Shown: positions 26,201-39,960 of the stretch, one piece after another
Numbering within the stretch: the stretch's first letter is position 1
How the letters are laid out: each line of letters begins with the position of its first letter
From: Eledone cirrhosa
Lineage: Eukaryota
Direction of reading: 5' to 3'
DNA length: 64,000 nt
NCBI GenBank assembly: GCA_964016885.1
Contig: OZ024744.1
Span: forward strand, 22,196,001 to 22,260,000
Notes under the pieces: generated by a model
The model's input: only the letters and a program-made list of their open reading frames with translations
What the model was told of the DNA's origin: nothing
Database searches by the model: none
Program-made: the position numbers and the translations under genes

Positions 26201-29200
26201 TCGTGGTGGTCAGTTAGGTTGACATAGATAACATAGGTGGGATGTTGTCGTGGTGGTCAGTTAGATGGACATAGATAACATAGAGTGAGATGTTGTCGTG
26301 GTGGTCAGTTAGGTTGACGTAGATAACATAGAGTGAGATATTGTCGTGGTCGTCAGTTAGGTTGACATAGATAACATAGGTGGCATGTTGTCGTGGTGGT
26401 CAGTTAGGTTTACATAGCTAACATAGTGTGAGATGTTGTCGTGGTGGTCAGTTAGGTTGACATAGATAACATAGGTGGGATGTTGTCGTGGTGGTCAGTT
26501 AGGTTGACATAGATAACATAGGTGGGATGTAGTCGTGGTGGTCAGTTAGGTTGACATAGTTAACATAGGTGGGATGTTGTCGTGGTGGTCAGTTAGGTTG
26601 ACATAGATAACATAGGTGGGATGTTGTCGTGGTGGTCAGTTAGCTTGACATAGATAACATAGAGTCAGGTGTTGTCGTCGTGTTCAGTTAGGTTGACATA
26701 GATAACATAGAGTGAGATGTTGTCGTGGTGGTCAGTTAGGTTGACATAGATAACATAGGTGGGATGTTGTCGTGGTCAGTTAGGTTGACATAGATAACAT
26801 AGGTGGGATGTTGTTGTGGTGGTCTGTTAGGTTGACATAGATAACATAGGTGGGATGTTGTCGTGGTCAGTTAGGTTGACATAGATAACATAGGTGGGAT
26901 GTTGTCGTGGTGGTCAGTTAGGTTGACATATATAACATAGAGTGAGATGTTGTCGTGGTGGTCAGTTAGGTTGACATAGATAACATAGGTGGGATGTTGT
27001 CGTGGTGGTCAGTTAGGTTGACATAGATAACATAGGTGGGATGTTGTCGTGGTTGTCAGTTAGGTTGACATAGATAACATAGAGTGAGATGTTGTCGTGG
27101 TGGTCAGTTAGGTTGACATAGATAACATAGAGTGAGATGTTGTCGTGGTTGTCAGTTAGGTTGACATAGATAACATAGAGTGAGATGTTGTCGCGGTGGT
27201 CAGTTAGGTTGACATAGAAAACATAGGTGGGATGTTGTCGTGGTGGTCAGTTAGGTTGACATAGATAACATAGGTGGGATGTTGTCGTGGTGGTCAGTTA
27301 GGTTGACATAGATAACATAGAGTGAGATGTTGTCGTGGTGGTCAGTTAGGTTGACGTAGATAACATAGAGTGAAGTATTGTCGTGGTCGTCAGTTAGGTT
27401 GACATAGATAACATAGGTGGCATGTTGTCGTGGTGGTCAGTTAGGTTTACATAGCTAACATAGTGTGAGATGTTGTCGTGGTGGTCAGTTAGGTTGACAT
27501 AGATAACATAGGTGGGATGTTGTCGTGGTGGTCAGTTAGGTTGACATAGATAACATAGGTGGGATGTAGTCGTGGTGGTCAGTTAGGTTGACATAGTTAA
27601 CATAGGTGGGATGTTGTCGTGGTGGTCAGTTAGGTTGACATAGATAACATAGGTGGGATGTTGTCGTGGTGGTCAGTTAGGTTGACATAGATAACATAGA
27701 GTCAGATGTTGTCGTGGTGGTCAGTTAGGTTGACAAAGATAACATAGAGTGAGATGTTGTCGTGGTGGTCAGTTAGGTTGACATAGATAACATAGGTGGG
27801 ATGTTGTCGTGGTGGTCAGTTAGGTTGACATAGATAACATAGAGTGGGATGTTGTCGTTGTGGTCAGTTAGGTTGACATAGATAACATAGAGTGAGATGT
27901 TGTCATGGTGGTCAGTTAGGTTCACATAGATAACATAGGTGGGATGTTGTCGTGGTGGTCAGTTAGGTTGACATAGATAACATAGAGTGAGATGTTGTCG
28001 TGGTGGTCAGTTAGGTTGACATAGATAACATAGGTGGGATGTTGTCGTGGTGGTCAGTTAGGTTGACATAGATAACATAGGTGGGATGTTGTCGTGGTGG
28101 TCAGTTAGGTTAACATAGATAACATAGAGTCAGATGTTGTCGTGGTGGTCAGTTAGGTTGACATAGATAACATAGAGTGAGATGTTGTCGTGGTGGTCAA
28201 TTAGGTTGATATAGATAACATAGGTGGGATGTTGTCGTGGTGGTCAGTTAGGTTGACATAGATAACATAGAGTGGGATCTTGTCGTGGACAGTTAGGTTG
28301 ACATAGATAACATAGAGTGAGATGTTGTCGTGGTGGTCAGTTAGGTTGACATAGATAACATAGGTGGGATGTTGTCGGGGTGGTCAGTTAGGTTGACATA
28401 GATAACATAGGTGGGATGTTGCCGTGGTGGTCAGTTAGCTTGACATAGATAACATAGAGTCAGATGTTGTCGTCGTGTTCAGTTAGGTTGACATAGATAA
28501 CATAGAGTGAGATGTTGTCGTGGTGGTCAGTTAGGTTGACATAGATAACATAGGTGGGATGTTGTCGTGGTGGTCAGTTAGGTTGACATAGATAACATAG
28601 TGTGGGATGTTGTCGTGGTGGTCAGTTAGGTTGACATAGATAACATAGGTGGGATGTTGTCGTGGTGGTCAGTTAGGTTGACATAGATAACATAGAGTGA
28701 GATGTTGTCTTGGTTGTCAGTTAGGTTGACATAGATAACATAGGTGGGATGTTGTCGTGGTCAGTTAGTTTGACATAGATAACATAGAGTGAGATGTTGT
28801 CGTGGTGGTCAGTTAGGTTGACATAGATAACATAGGTGGGATGTTGTCGGGGTGGTCAGTTAGGTTGACATCGATAACATAGGTGGGATGTTGTCGTGGT
28901 GGTCAGTTAGGTTGACATAGATAACATAGGTGGGATGCTGTCGGGGTGGTCAGTTAGGTTGACAATTTATAACATAGGTGGGATGTTGTCGTGCTGGTCA
29001 GTTAGGTTGACATAGATAACATACAGTGAGATGGTGTCGTGGTGGTCAGTTAGGTTGACATATATAACATAGGTGAGATGTTGTCGTGGTGGTCAGTTAG
29101 GTTGACATAGATAATATAGAGTGAGATGTTGTCGTGGTGGTCAGTTAGGTTGACATAGATAACATAGGTGGGATGTTGTCGTGGTCAGTTAGGTTCACAT

Positions 29201-32200
29201 AGATAACATAGGTGGGATGTTGTCGTGGTCAGTTAGGGTGACATAGATAACATAGGTGGGATGTTGTCGTGGTGGTCAGTTAGGTTGACATAGATAACGT
29301 AGGTGGTATGTTGTCGTGGTCAGTTAGGTTGACATAGATAACATAGAGTGAGATGTTGTCGTGGTGGTCAGTTAGGTTGACATAGATAACATAGGTGGGA
29401 TGTTGTCGTGGTGGTCAGTTATGTTGACATAGATAACATAGAGTGAGATGGTGACGTGGTGGTCAGTTAGGTTGACATAGTTAACATAGGTGAGATGTTG
29501 TCGTGGTGGTCAGTTAGGTTGACATAGATAACATAGAGTGAGATGTTGTCGTGGTGGTCAGTTAGGTTGACATAGATAACATAGGTGGGATGTTGTCGTG
29601 GTCAGTTAGGTTGACATAGATAACATAGGTGGGATGTTGTCGTGATGGTCAGTTAGGTTGACATAGATAACATAGGTGGGATGTTGTCGTGGTCAGTTAG
29701 GTTGACATATATAACATAGAGTGAGATGTTGTCGTGGTGGTCAGTTAGGTTGACATAGATAACATAGGTGGGATGTAGTCGTGGTGGTCAGTTAGGTTGA
29801 CATAGTTAACATAGGTGGGATGTTGTCGTGGTGGTCAGTTAGGTTGACATAGATAACAAAGGTGGGATGTTGTCGTGGTCAGTTAGTTTGACATAGATAA
29901 CATAGAGTGAGATGTTGTCGTGGTGGTCAGTTAGGTTGACATAGATAACATAGGTGGGATGTTGTCGGGGTGGTCAGGTAGGTTGACATAGATAACATAG
30001 GTGGGATGTTGTCGTGGTGGTCAGTTAGGTTGACATAGATAACATAGGTGGGATGCTGTCGGGGTGGTCAGTTAGGTTGACATAGATAACATAGGTGGGA
30101 TGTTGTCGTGGTGGTCAGTTAGGTTGACATAGATAACATACAGTGAGATGGTGTCGTGGTGGTCAGTTAGGTTGACATAGATAATATAGAGTGAGATGTT
30201 GTCGTGGTGGTCAGTTAGGTTGACACAGATAACATAGGTGGGATGTTGTCGTGGTCAGTTAGGTTCACATAGATAACATAGGTGGGATGTTGTCGTGGTC
30301 AGTTAGGGTGACATAGATAACATAGGTGGGATGTTGTCGTGGTGGTCAGTTAGGTTGACATAGATAACATAGGTGGTATGTTGTCGTGGTCAGTTAGGTT
30401 GACATAGATAACATAGAGTGAGATGTTGTCGTGGTGGTCAGTTAGGTTGACATAGATAACATAGGTGGGATGTTGTCGTGTTGGTCAGTTATGTTGACAT
30501 AGATAACATAGAGTGAGATGGTGACGTGGTGGTCAGTTAGGTTGACATAGTTAACATAGGTGAGATGTTGTCGTGGTGGTCAGTTAGGTTGACATAGATA
30601 ACATAGAGTGAGATGTTGTCGTGGTGGTCAGTTAGGTTGACATAGATAACATATGTGGGATGTTGTCGTGGTCAGTTAGGTTGACATAGATAACATAGGT
30701 GGGATGTTGTCGTGGTGGTCAGTTAGGTTGACATAGATAACATAGGTGGGATGTTGTCGTGGTCAGTTAGGTTGACATATATAACATAGAGTGAGATGTT
30801 GTCGTGGTTGTCAGTAAGGTTGACATAGATAACATAGAGTGAGATGTTGTCGTGGTGGTCAGTTAGGTTGACATAGAAAACATAGGTGGGATGTTGTCGT
30901 GGTGGTCAGTTAGGTTGACATAGATAACATAGATGGGATGTTGTTGTGGTGGTCAGTTAGGTTGACATAGATAACATAGAGTGAGATGTTGTCGTGGTGG
31001 TCAGTTAGGTTGACATAGATAACATAGAGTGAGATATTGTCGTGGTGGTCAGTTAGGTTGACATAGATAACATAGGTGGCATGTTGTCGTGGTGGTCAGT
31101 TAGGTTTACATAGATAACATAGAGTGATATGTTGTCGTGGTGGTCAGTTAGGTTGACATAGATAACATAGGTGAGATGTTGTCGTGGTGGTCAGTTAGGT
31201 TGACATAGATAATATAGAGTGAGATGTTGTCGTGGTGGTCAGTTAGGTTGACACAGATAACATAGGTGGGATGTTGTTGTGGTCAGTTAGGTTCACATAG
31301 ATAACATAGGTGGGATGTTGTCGTGGTCAGTTAGGTTTACATAGATAACATAGAGTGATATGTTGTCGTGGTGGTCAGTTAGGTTGACATAGATAACATA
31401 GGTGAGATGTTGTCGTGGTGGTCAGTTAGGTTGACATAGATAACATAGAGTGAGATGTTGTCGTGGTGGTCAGTTAGGTTGACATAGATAACATAGGTGG
31501 GATGTTGTCGTGGTCAGTTAGGTTGACATAGATAACATAGGTGGGATGTTGTTGTGGTGGTCTGTTAGGTTGACATAGATAACATAGGTGGGATGTTGTC
31601 GTGGTCAGTTAGGTTGACATATATAACATAGAGTGAGATGTTGTCGTGGTTGTCAGTTAGGTTGACATAGATAACATAGAGTGAGATGTTGTCGTGGTGG
31701 TCAGTTAGGTTGACATAGAAAACATAGGTGGGATGTTGTCGTGGTGGTCAGTTAGGTTGACATAGATAACATAGGTGGGATGTTGTCGTGGTGGTCAGTT
31801 AGATGGACATAGATAACATAGAGTGAGATGTTGTCGTGGTGGTCAGTTAGGTTGACGTAGATAACATAGAGTGAGATATTGTCGTGGTCGTCAGTTAGGT
31901 TGACATAGATAACATAGGTGGCATGTTGTCGTGGTGGTCAGTTAGGTTTACATAGCTAACATAGTGTGAGATGTTGTCGTGGTGGTCAGTTAGGTTGACA
32001 TAGATAACATAGGTGGGATGTTGTCGTGGTGGTCAGTTAGGTTGACATAGATAACATAGGTGGGATGTAGTCGTGGTGGTCAGTTAGGTTGACATAGTTA
32101 ACATAGGTGGGATGTTGTCGTGGTGGTCAGTTAGGTTGACATAGATAACATAGGTGGGATGTTGTCGTGGTGGTCAGTTAGCTTGACATAGATAACATAG

Positions 32201-35200
32201 AGTCAGGTGTTGTCGTCGTGTTCAGTTAGGTTGACATAGATAACATAGAGTGAGATGTTGTCGTGGTGGTCAGTTAGGTTGACATAGATAACATAGGTGG
32301 GATGTTGTCGTGGTCAGTTAGGTTGACATAGATAACATAGGTGGGATGTTGTTGTGGTGGTCTGTTAGTTTGACATAGATAACATAGGTGGGATGTTGTC
32401 GTGGTCAGTTAGGTTGACATAGATAACATAGGTGGGATGTTGTCGTGGTGGTCAGTTAGGTTGACATATATAACATAGAGTGAGATGTTGTCGTGGTGGT
32501 CAGTTAGGTTGACATAGATAACATAGGTGGGATGTTGTCGTGGTGGTCAGTTAGGTTGACATAGATAACATAGGTGGGATGTTGTCGTGGTTGTCAGTTA
32601 GGTTGACATAGATAACATAGAGTGAGATGGTGTCGTGGTGGTCAGTTAGGTTGACATAGATAACATAGAGTGAGATGTTGTCGTGGTTGTCAGTTAGGTT
32701 GACATAGATAACATAGAGTGAGATGTTGTCGTGGTGGTCAGTTAGGTTGACATAGATAACATAGGTGGGATGTTGTCGTGGTCAGTTAGGTTGACATAGA
32801 TAACATAGGTGGGATGTTGTCGTGATGGTCAGTTAGGTTGACATAGATAACATAGGTGGGATGTTGTCGTGGTCAGTTAGGTTGACATATATAACATAGA
32901 GTGAGATGTTGTCGTGGTGGTCAGTTAGGTTGACATAGATAACATAGGTGGGATGTAGTCGTGGTGGTCAGTTAGGTTGACATAGTTAACATAGGTGGGA
33001 TGTTGTCGTGGTGGTCAGTTAGGTTGACATAGATAACAAAGGTGGGATGTTGTCGTGGTCAGTTAGTTTGACATAGATAACATAGAGTGAGATGTTGTCG
33101 TGGTGGTCAGTTAGGTTGACATAGATAACATAGGTGGGATGTTGTCGGGGTGGTCAGGTAGGTTGACATAGATAACATAGGTGGGATGTTGTCGTGGTGG
33201 TCAGTTAGGTTGACATAGATAACATAGGTGGGATGCTGTCGGGGTGGTCAGTTAGGTTGACATAGATAACATAGGTGGGATGTTGTCGTGGTGGTCAGTT
33301 AGGTTGACATAGATAACATACAGTGAGATGGTGTCGTGGTGGTCAGTTAGGTTGACATAGATAATATAGAGTGAGATGTTGTCGTGGTGGTCAGTTAGGT
33401 TGACACAGATAACATAGGTGGGATGTTGTCGTGGTCAGTTAGGTTCACATAGATAACATAGGTGGGATGTTGTCGTGGTCAGTTAGGGTGACATAGATAA
33501 CATAGGTGGGATGTTGTCGTGGTGGTCAGTTAGGTTGACATAGATAACATAGGTGGTATGTTGTCGTGGTCAGTTAGGTTGACATAGATAACATAGAGTG
33601 AGATGTTGTCGTGGTGGTCAGTTAGGTTGACATAGATAACATAGGTGGGATGTTGTCGTGTTGGTCAGTTATGTTGACATAGATAACATAGAGTGAGATG
33701 GTGACGTGGTGGTCAGTTAGGTTGACATAGTTAACATAGGTGAGATGTTGTCGTGGTGGTCAGTTAGGTTGACATAGATAACATAGAGTGAGATGTTGTC
33801 GTGGTGGTCAGTTAGGTTGACATAGATAACATATGTGGGATGTTGTCGTGGTCAGTTAGGTTGACATAGATAACATAGGTGGGATGTTGTCGTGGTGGTC
33901 AGTTAGGTTGACATAGATAACATAGGTGGGATGTTGTCGTGGTCAGTTAGGTTGACATATATAACATAGAGTGAGATGTTGTCGTGGTTGTCAGTAAGGT
34001 TGACATAGATAACATAGAGTGAGATGTTGTCGTGGTGGTCAGTTAGGTTGACATAGAAAACATAGGTGGGATGTTGTCGTGGTGGTCAGTTAGGTTGACA
34101 TAGATAACATAGATGGGATGTTGTTGTGGTGGTCAGTTAGGTTGACATAGATAACATAGAGTGAGATGTTGTCGTGGTGGTCAGTTAGGTTGACATAGAT
34201 AACATAGAGTGAGATATTGTCGTGGTGGTCAGTTAGGTTGACATAGATAACATAGGTGGCATGTTGTCGTGGTGGTCAGTTAGGTTTACATAGATAACAT
34301 AGAGTGATATGTTGTCGTGGTGGTCAGTTAGGTTGACATAGATAACATAGGTGAGATGTTGTCGTGGTGGTCAGTTAGGTTGACATAGATAATATAGAGT
34401 GAGATGTTGTCGTGGTGGTCAGTTAGGTTGACACAGATAACATAGGTGGGATGTTGTTGTGGTCAGTTAGGTTCACATAGATAACATAGGTGGGATGTTG
34501 TCGTGGTCAGTTAGGTTTACATAGATAACATAGAGTGATATGTTGTCGTGGTGGTCAGTTAGGTTGACATAGATAACATAGGTGAGATGTTGTCGTGGTG
34601 GTCAGTTAGGTTGACATAGATAACATAGAGTGAGATGTTGTCGTGGTGGTCAGTTAGGTTGACATAGATAACATAGGTGGGATGTTGTCGTGGTCAGTTA
34701 GGTTGACATAGATAACATAGGTGGGATGTTGTTGTGGTGGTCTGTTAGGTTGACATAGATAACATAGGTGGGATGTTGTCGTGGTCAGTTAGGTTGACAT
34801 ATATAACATAGAGTGAGATGTTGTCGTGGTTGTCAGTTAGGTTGACATAGATAACATAGAGTGAGATGTTGTCGTGGTGGTCAGTTAGGTTGACATAGAA
34901 AACATAGGTGGGATGTTGTCGTGGTGGTCAGTTAGGTTGACATAGATAACATAGGTGGGATGTTGTCGTGGTGGTCAGTTAGATGGACATAGATAACATA
35001 GAGTGAGATGTTGTCGTGGTGGTCAGTTAGGTTGACGTAGATAACATAGAGTGAGATATTGTCGTGGTCGTCAGTTAGGTTGACATAGATAACATAGGTG
35101 GCATGTTGTCGTGGTGGTCAGTTAGGTTTACATAGCTAACATAGTGTGAGATGTTGTCGTGGTGGTCAGTTAGGTTGACATAGATAACATAGGTGGGATG

Positions 35201-38200
35201 TTGTCGTGGTGGTCAGTTAGGTTGACATAGATAACATAGGTGGGATGTAGTCGTGGTGGTCAGTTAGGTTGACATAGTTAACATAGGTGGGATGTTGTCG
35301 TGGTGGTCAGTTAGGTTGACATAGATAACATAGGTGGGATGTTGTCGTGGTGGTCAGTTAGCTTGACATAGATAACATAGAGTCAGGTGTTGTCGTCGTG
35401 TTCAGTTAGGTTGACATAGATAACATAGAGTGAGATGTTGTCGTGGTGGTCAGTTAGGTTGACATAGATAACATAGGTGGGATGTTGTCGTGGTCAGTTA
35501 GGTTGACATAGATAACATAGGTGGGATGTTGTTGTGGTGGTCTGTTAGTTTGACATAGATAACATAGGTGGGATGTTGTCGTGGTCAGTTAGGTTGACAT
35601 AGATAACATAGGTGGGATGTTGTCGTGGTGGTCAGTTAGGTTGACATATATAACATAGAGTGAGATGTTGTCGTGGTGGTCAGTTAGGTTGACATAGATA
35701 ACATAGGTGGGATGTTGTCGTGGTGGTCAGTTAGGTTGACATAGATAACATAGGTGGGATGTTGTCGTGGTTGTCAGTTAGGTTGACATAGATAACATAG
35801 AGTGAGATGGTGTCGTGGTGGTCAGTTAGGTTGACATAGATAACATAGAGTGAGATGTTGTCGTGGTTGTCAGTTAGGTTGACATAGATAACATAGAGTG
35901 AGATGTTGTCGCGGTGGTCAGTTAGGTTGACATAGAAAACATAGGTGGGATGTTGTCGTGGTGGTCAGTTAGGTTGACATAGATAACATAGGTGGGATGT
36001 TGTCGTGGTGGTCAGTTAGGTTGACATAGATAACATAGAGTGAGATGTTGTCGTGGTGGTCAGTTAGGTTGACGTAGATAACATAGAGTGAGATATTGTC
36101 GTGGTCGTCAGTTAGGTTGACATAGATAACATAGGTGGCATGTTGTCGTGGTGGTCAGTTAGGTTTACATAGCTAACATAGTGTGAGATGTTGTCGTGGT
36201 GGTCAGTTAGGTTGACATAGATAACATAGGTGGGATGTTGTCGTGGTGGTCAGTTAGGTTGACATAGATAACATAGGTGGGATGTAGTCGTGGTGGTCAG
36301 TTAGGTTGACATAGTTAACATAGGTGGGATGTTGTCGTGGTGGTCAGTTAGGTTGACATAGATAACATAGGTGGGATGTTGTCGTGGTGGTCAGTTAGGT
36401 TGACATAGATAACATAGAGTCAGATGTTGTCGTGGTGGTCAGTTAGGTTGACAAAGATAACATAGAGTGAGATGTTGTCGTGGTGGTCAGTTAGGTTGAC
36501 ATAGATAACATAGGTGGGATGTTGTCGTGGTGGTCAGTTAGGTTGACATAGATAACATAGAGTGGGATGTTGTCGTTGTGGTCAGTTAGGTTGACATAGA
36601 TAACATAGAGTGAGATGTTGTCATGGTGGTCAGTTAGGTTCACATAGATAACATAGGTGGGATGTTGTCGTGGTGGTCAGTTAGGTTGACATAGATAACA
36701 TAGAGTGAGATGTTGTCGTGGTGGTCAGTTAGGTTGACATAGATAACATAGGTGGGATGTTGTCGTGGTGGTCAGTTAGGTTGACATAGATAACATAGGT
36801 GGGATGTTGTCGTGGTGGTCAGTTAGGTTAACATAGATAACATAGAGTCAGATGTTGCCGTGGTGGTCAGTTAGGTTGACATAGATAACATAGAGTGAGA
36901 TGTTGTCGTGGTGGTCAATTAGGTTGATATAGATAACATAGGTGGGATGTTGTCGTGGTGGTCAGTTAGGTTGACATAGATAACATAGAGTGGGATCTTG
37001 TCGTGGACAGTTAGGTTGACATAGATAACATAGAGTGAGATGTTGTCGTGGTGGTCAGTTAGGTTGACATAGATAACATAGGTGGGATGTTGTCGGGGTG
37101 GTCAGTTAGGTTGACATAGATAACATAGGTGGGATGTTGCCGTGGTGGTCAGTTAGCTTGACATAGATAACATAGAGTCAGATGTTGTCGTCGTGTTCAG
37201 TTAGGTTGACATAGATAACATAGAGTGAGATGTTGTCGTGGTGGTCAGTTAGGTTGACATAGATAACATAGGTGGGATGTTGTCGTGGTGGTCAGTTAGG
37301 TTGACATAGATAACATAGTGTGGGATGTTGTCGTGGTGGTCAGTTAGGTTGACATAGATAACATAGGTGGGATGTTGTCGTGGTGGTCAGTTAGGTTGAC
37401 ATAGATAACATAGAGTGAGATGTTGTCTTGGTTGTCAGTTAGGTTGACATAGATAACATAGGTGGGATGTTGTCGTGGTCAGTTAGTTTGACATAGATAA
37501 CATAGAGTGAGATGTTGTCGTGGTGGTCAGTTAGGTTGACATAGATAACATAGGTGGGATGTTGTCGGGGTGGTCAGTTAGGTTGACATCGATAACATAG
37601 GTGGGATGTTGTCGTGGTGGTTAGTTAGGTTGACATAGATAACATAGGTGGGATGCTGTCGGGGTGGTCAGTTAGGTTGACAATTTATAACATAGGTGGG
37701 ATGTTGTCGTGCTGGTCAGTTAGGTTGACATAGATAACATACAGTGAGATGGTGTCGTGGTGGTCAGTTAGGTTGACATAGATAACATAGGTGAGATGTT
37801 GTCGTGGTGGTCAGTTAGGTTGACATAGATAATATAGAGTGAGATGTTGTCGTGGTGGTCAGTTAGGTTGACATAGATAACATAGGTGGGATGTTGTCGT
37901 GGTCAGTTAGGTTCACATAGATAACATAGGTGGGATGTTGTCGTGGTCAGTTAGGGTGACATAGATAACATAGTTGGGATGTTGTCGTGGTGGTCAGTTA
38001 GGTTGACATAGATAACGTAGGTGGTATGTTGTCGTGGTCAGTTAGGTTGACATAGATAACATAGAGTGAGATGTTGTCGTGGTGGTCAGTTAGGTTGACA
38101 TAGATAACATAGGTGGGATGTTGTCGTGGTGGTCAGTTATGTTGACATAGATAACATAGAGTGAGATGGTGACGTGGTGGTCAGTTAGGTTGACATAGTT

Positions 38201-39960
38201 AACATAGGTGAGATGTTGTCGTGGTGGTCAGTTAGGTTGACATAGATAACATAGAGTGAGATGTTGTCGTGGTGGTCAGTTAGGTTGACATAGATAACAT
38301 AGGTGGGATGTTGTCGTGGTCAGTTAGGTTGACATAGATAACATAGGTGGGATGTTGTCGTGATGGTCAGTTAGGTTGACATAGATAACATAGGTGGGAT
38401 GTTGTCGTGGTCAGTTAGGTTGACATATATAACATAGAGTGAGATGTTGTCGTGGTGGTCAGTTAGGTTGACATAAATAACATAGGTGGGATGTAGTCGT
38501 GGTGGTCAGTTAGGTTGACATAGTTAACATAGGTGGGATGTTGTCGTGGTGGTCAGTTAGGTTGACATAGATAACAAAGGTGGGATGTTGTCGTGGTCAG
38601 TTAGTTTGACATAGATAACATAGAGTGAGATGTTGTCGTGGTGGTCAGTTAGGTTGACATAGATAACATAGGTGGGATGTTGTCGGGGTGGTCAGGTAGG
38701 TTGACATAGATAACATAGGTGGGATGTTGTCGTGGTGGTCAGTTAGGTTGACATAGATAACATAGGTGGGATGCTGTCGGGGTGGTCAGTTAGGTTGACA
38801 TAGATAACATAGGTGGGATGTTGTCGTGGTGGTCAGTTAGGTTGACATAGATAACATACAGTGAGATGGTGTCGTGGTGGACAGTTAGGTTGACATAGAT
38901 AATATAGAGTGAGATGTTGTCGTGGTGGTCAGTTAGGTTGACACAGATAACATAGGTGGGATGTTGTCGTGGTCAGTTAGGTTCACATAGATAACATAGG
39001 TGGGATTTTGTCGTGGTCAGTTAGGGTGACATAGATAACATAGGTGGGATGTTGTCGTGGTGGTCAGTTAGGTTGACATAGATAACATAGGTGGTATGTT
39101 GTCGTGGTCAGTTAGGTTGACATAGATAACATAGAGTGAGATGTTGTCGTGGTGGTCAGTTAGGTTGACATAGATAACATAGGTGGGATGTTGTCGTGTT
39201 GGTCAGTTATGTTGACATAGATAACATAGAGTGAGATGGTGACGTGGTGGTCAGTTAGGTTGACATAGTTAACATAGGTGAGATGTTGTCGTGGTGGTCA
39301 GTTAGGTTGACATAGATAACATAGAGTGAGATGTTGTCGTGGTGGTCAGTTAGGTTGACATAGATAACATATGTGGGATGTTGTCGTGGTCAGTTAGGTT
39401 GACATATATAACATAGAGTGAGATGTTGTCGTGGTTGTCAGTAAGGTTGACATAGATAACATAGAGTGAGATGTTGTCGTGGTGGTCAGTTAGGTTGACA
39501 TAGAAAACATAGGTGGGATGTTGTCGTGGTGGTCAGTTAGGTTGACATAGATAACATAGATGGGATGTTGTTGTGGTGGTCAGTTAGGTTGACATAGATA
39601 ACATAGAGTGAGATGTTGTCGTGGTGGTCAGTTAGGTTGACATAGATAACATAGAGTGAGATATTGTCGTGGTGGTCAGTTAGGTTGACATAGATAACAT
39701 AGGTGGCATGTTGTCGTGGTGGTCAGTTAGGTTTACATAGATAACATAGAGTGATATGTTGTCGTGGTGGTCAGTTAGGTTGACATAGATAACATAGGTG
39801 AGATGTTGTCGTGGTGGTCAGTTAGGTTGACATAGATAATATAGAGTGAGATGTTGTCGTGGTGGTCAGTTAGGTTGACACAGATAACATAGGTGGGATG
39901 TTGTCGTGGTCAGTTAGGTTCACATAGATAACATAGGTGGGATGTTGTCGTGGTCAGTTA
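25856..39960. repeat. 5,538-bp tandem duplication with the 3,180-bp duplication nested across its junction
   Basis: Offset 5,538 at 26261/31799 and 26641/32179. Offset 8,718 (= 5,538 + 3,180) at 27191/35909, 27731/36449, 28871/37589, 28961/37679 and 30481/39199. Confidence 0.88.
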
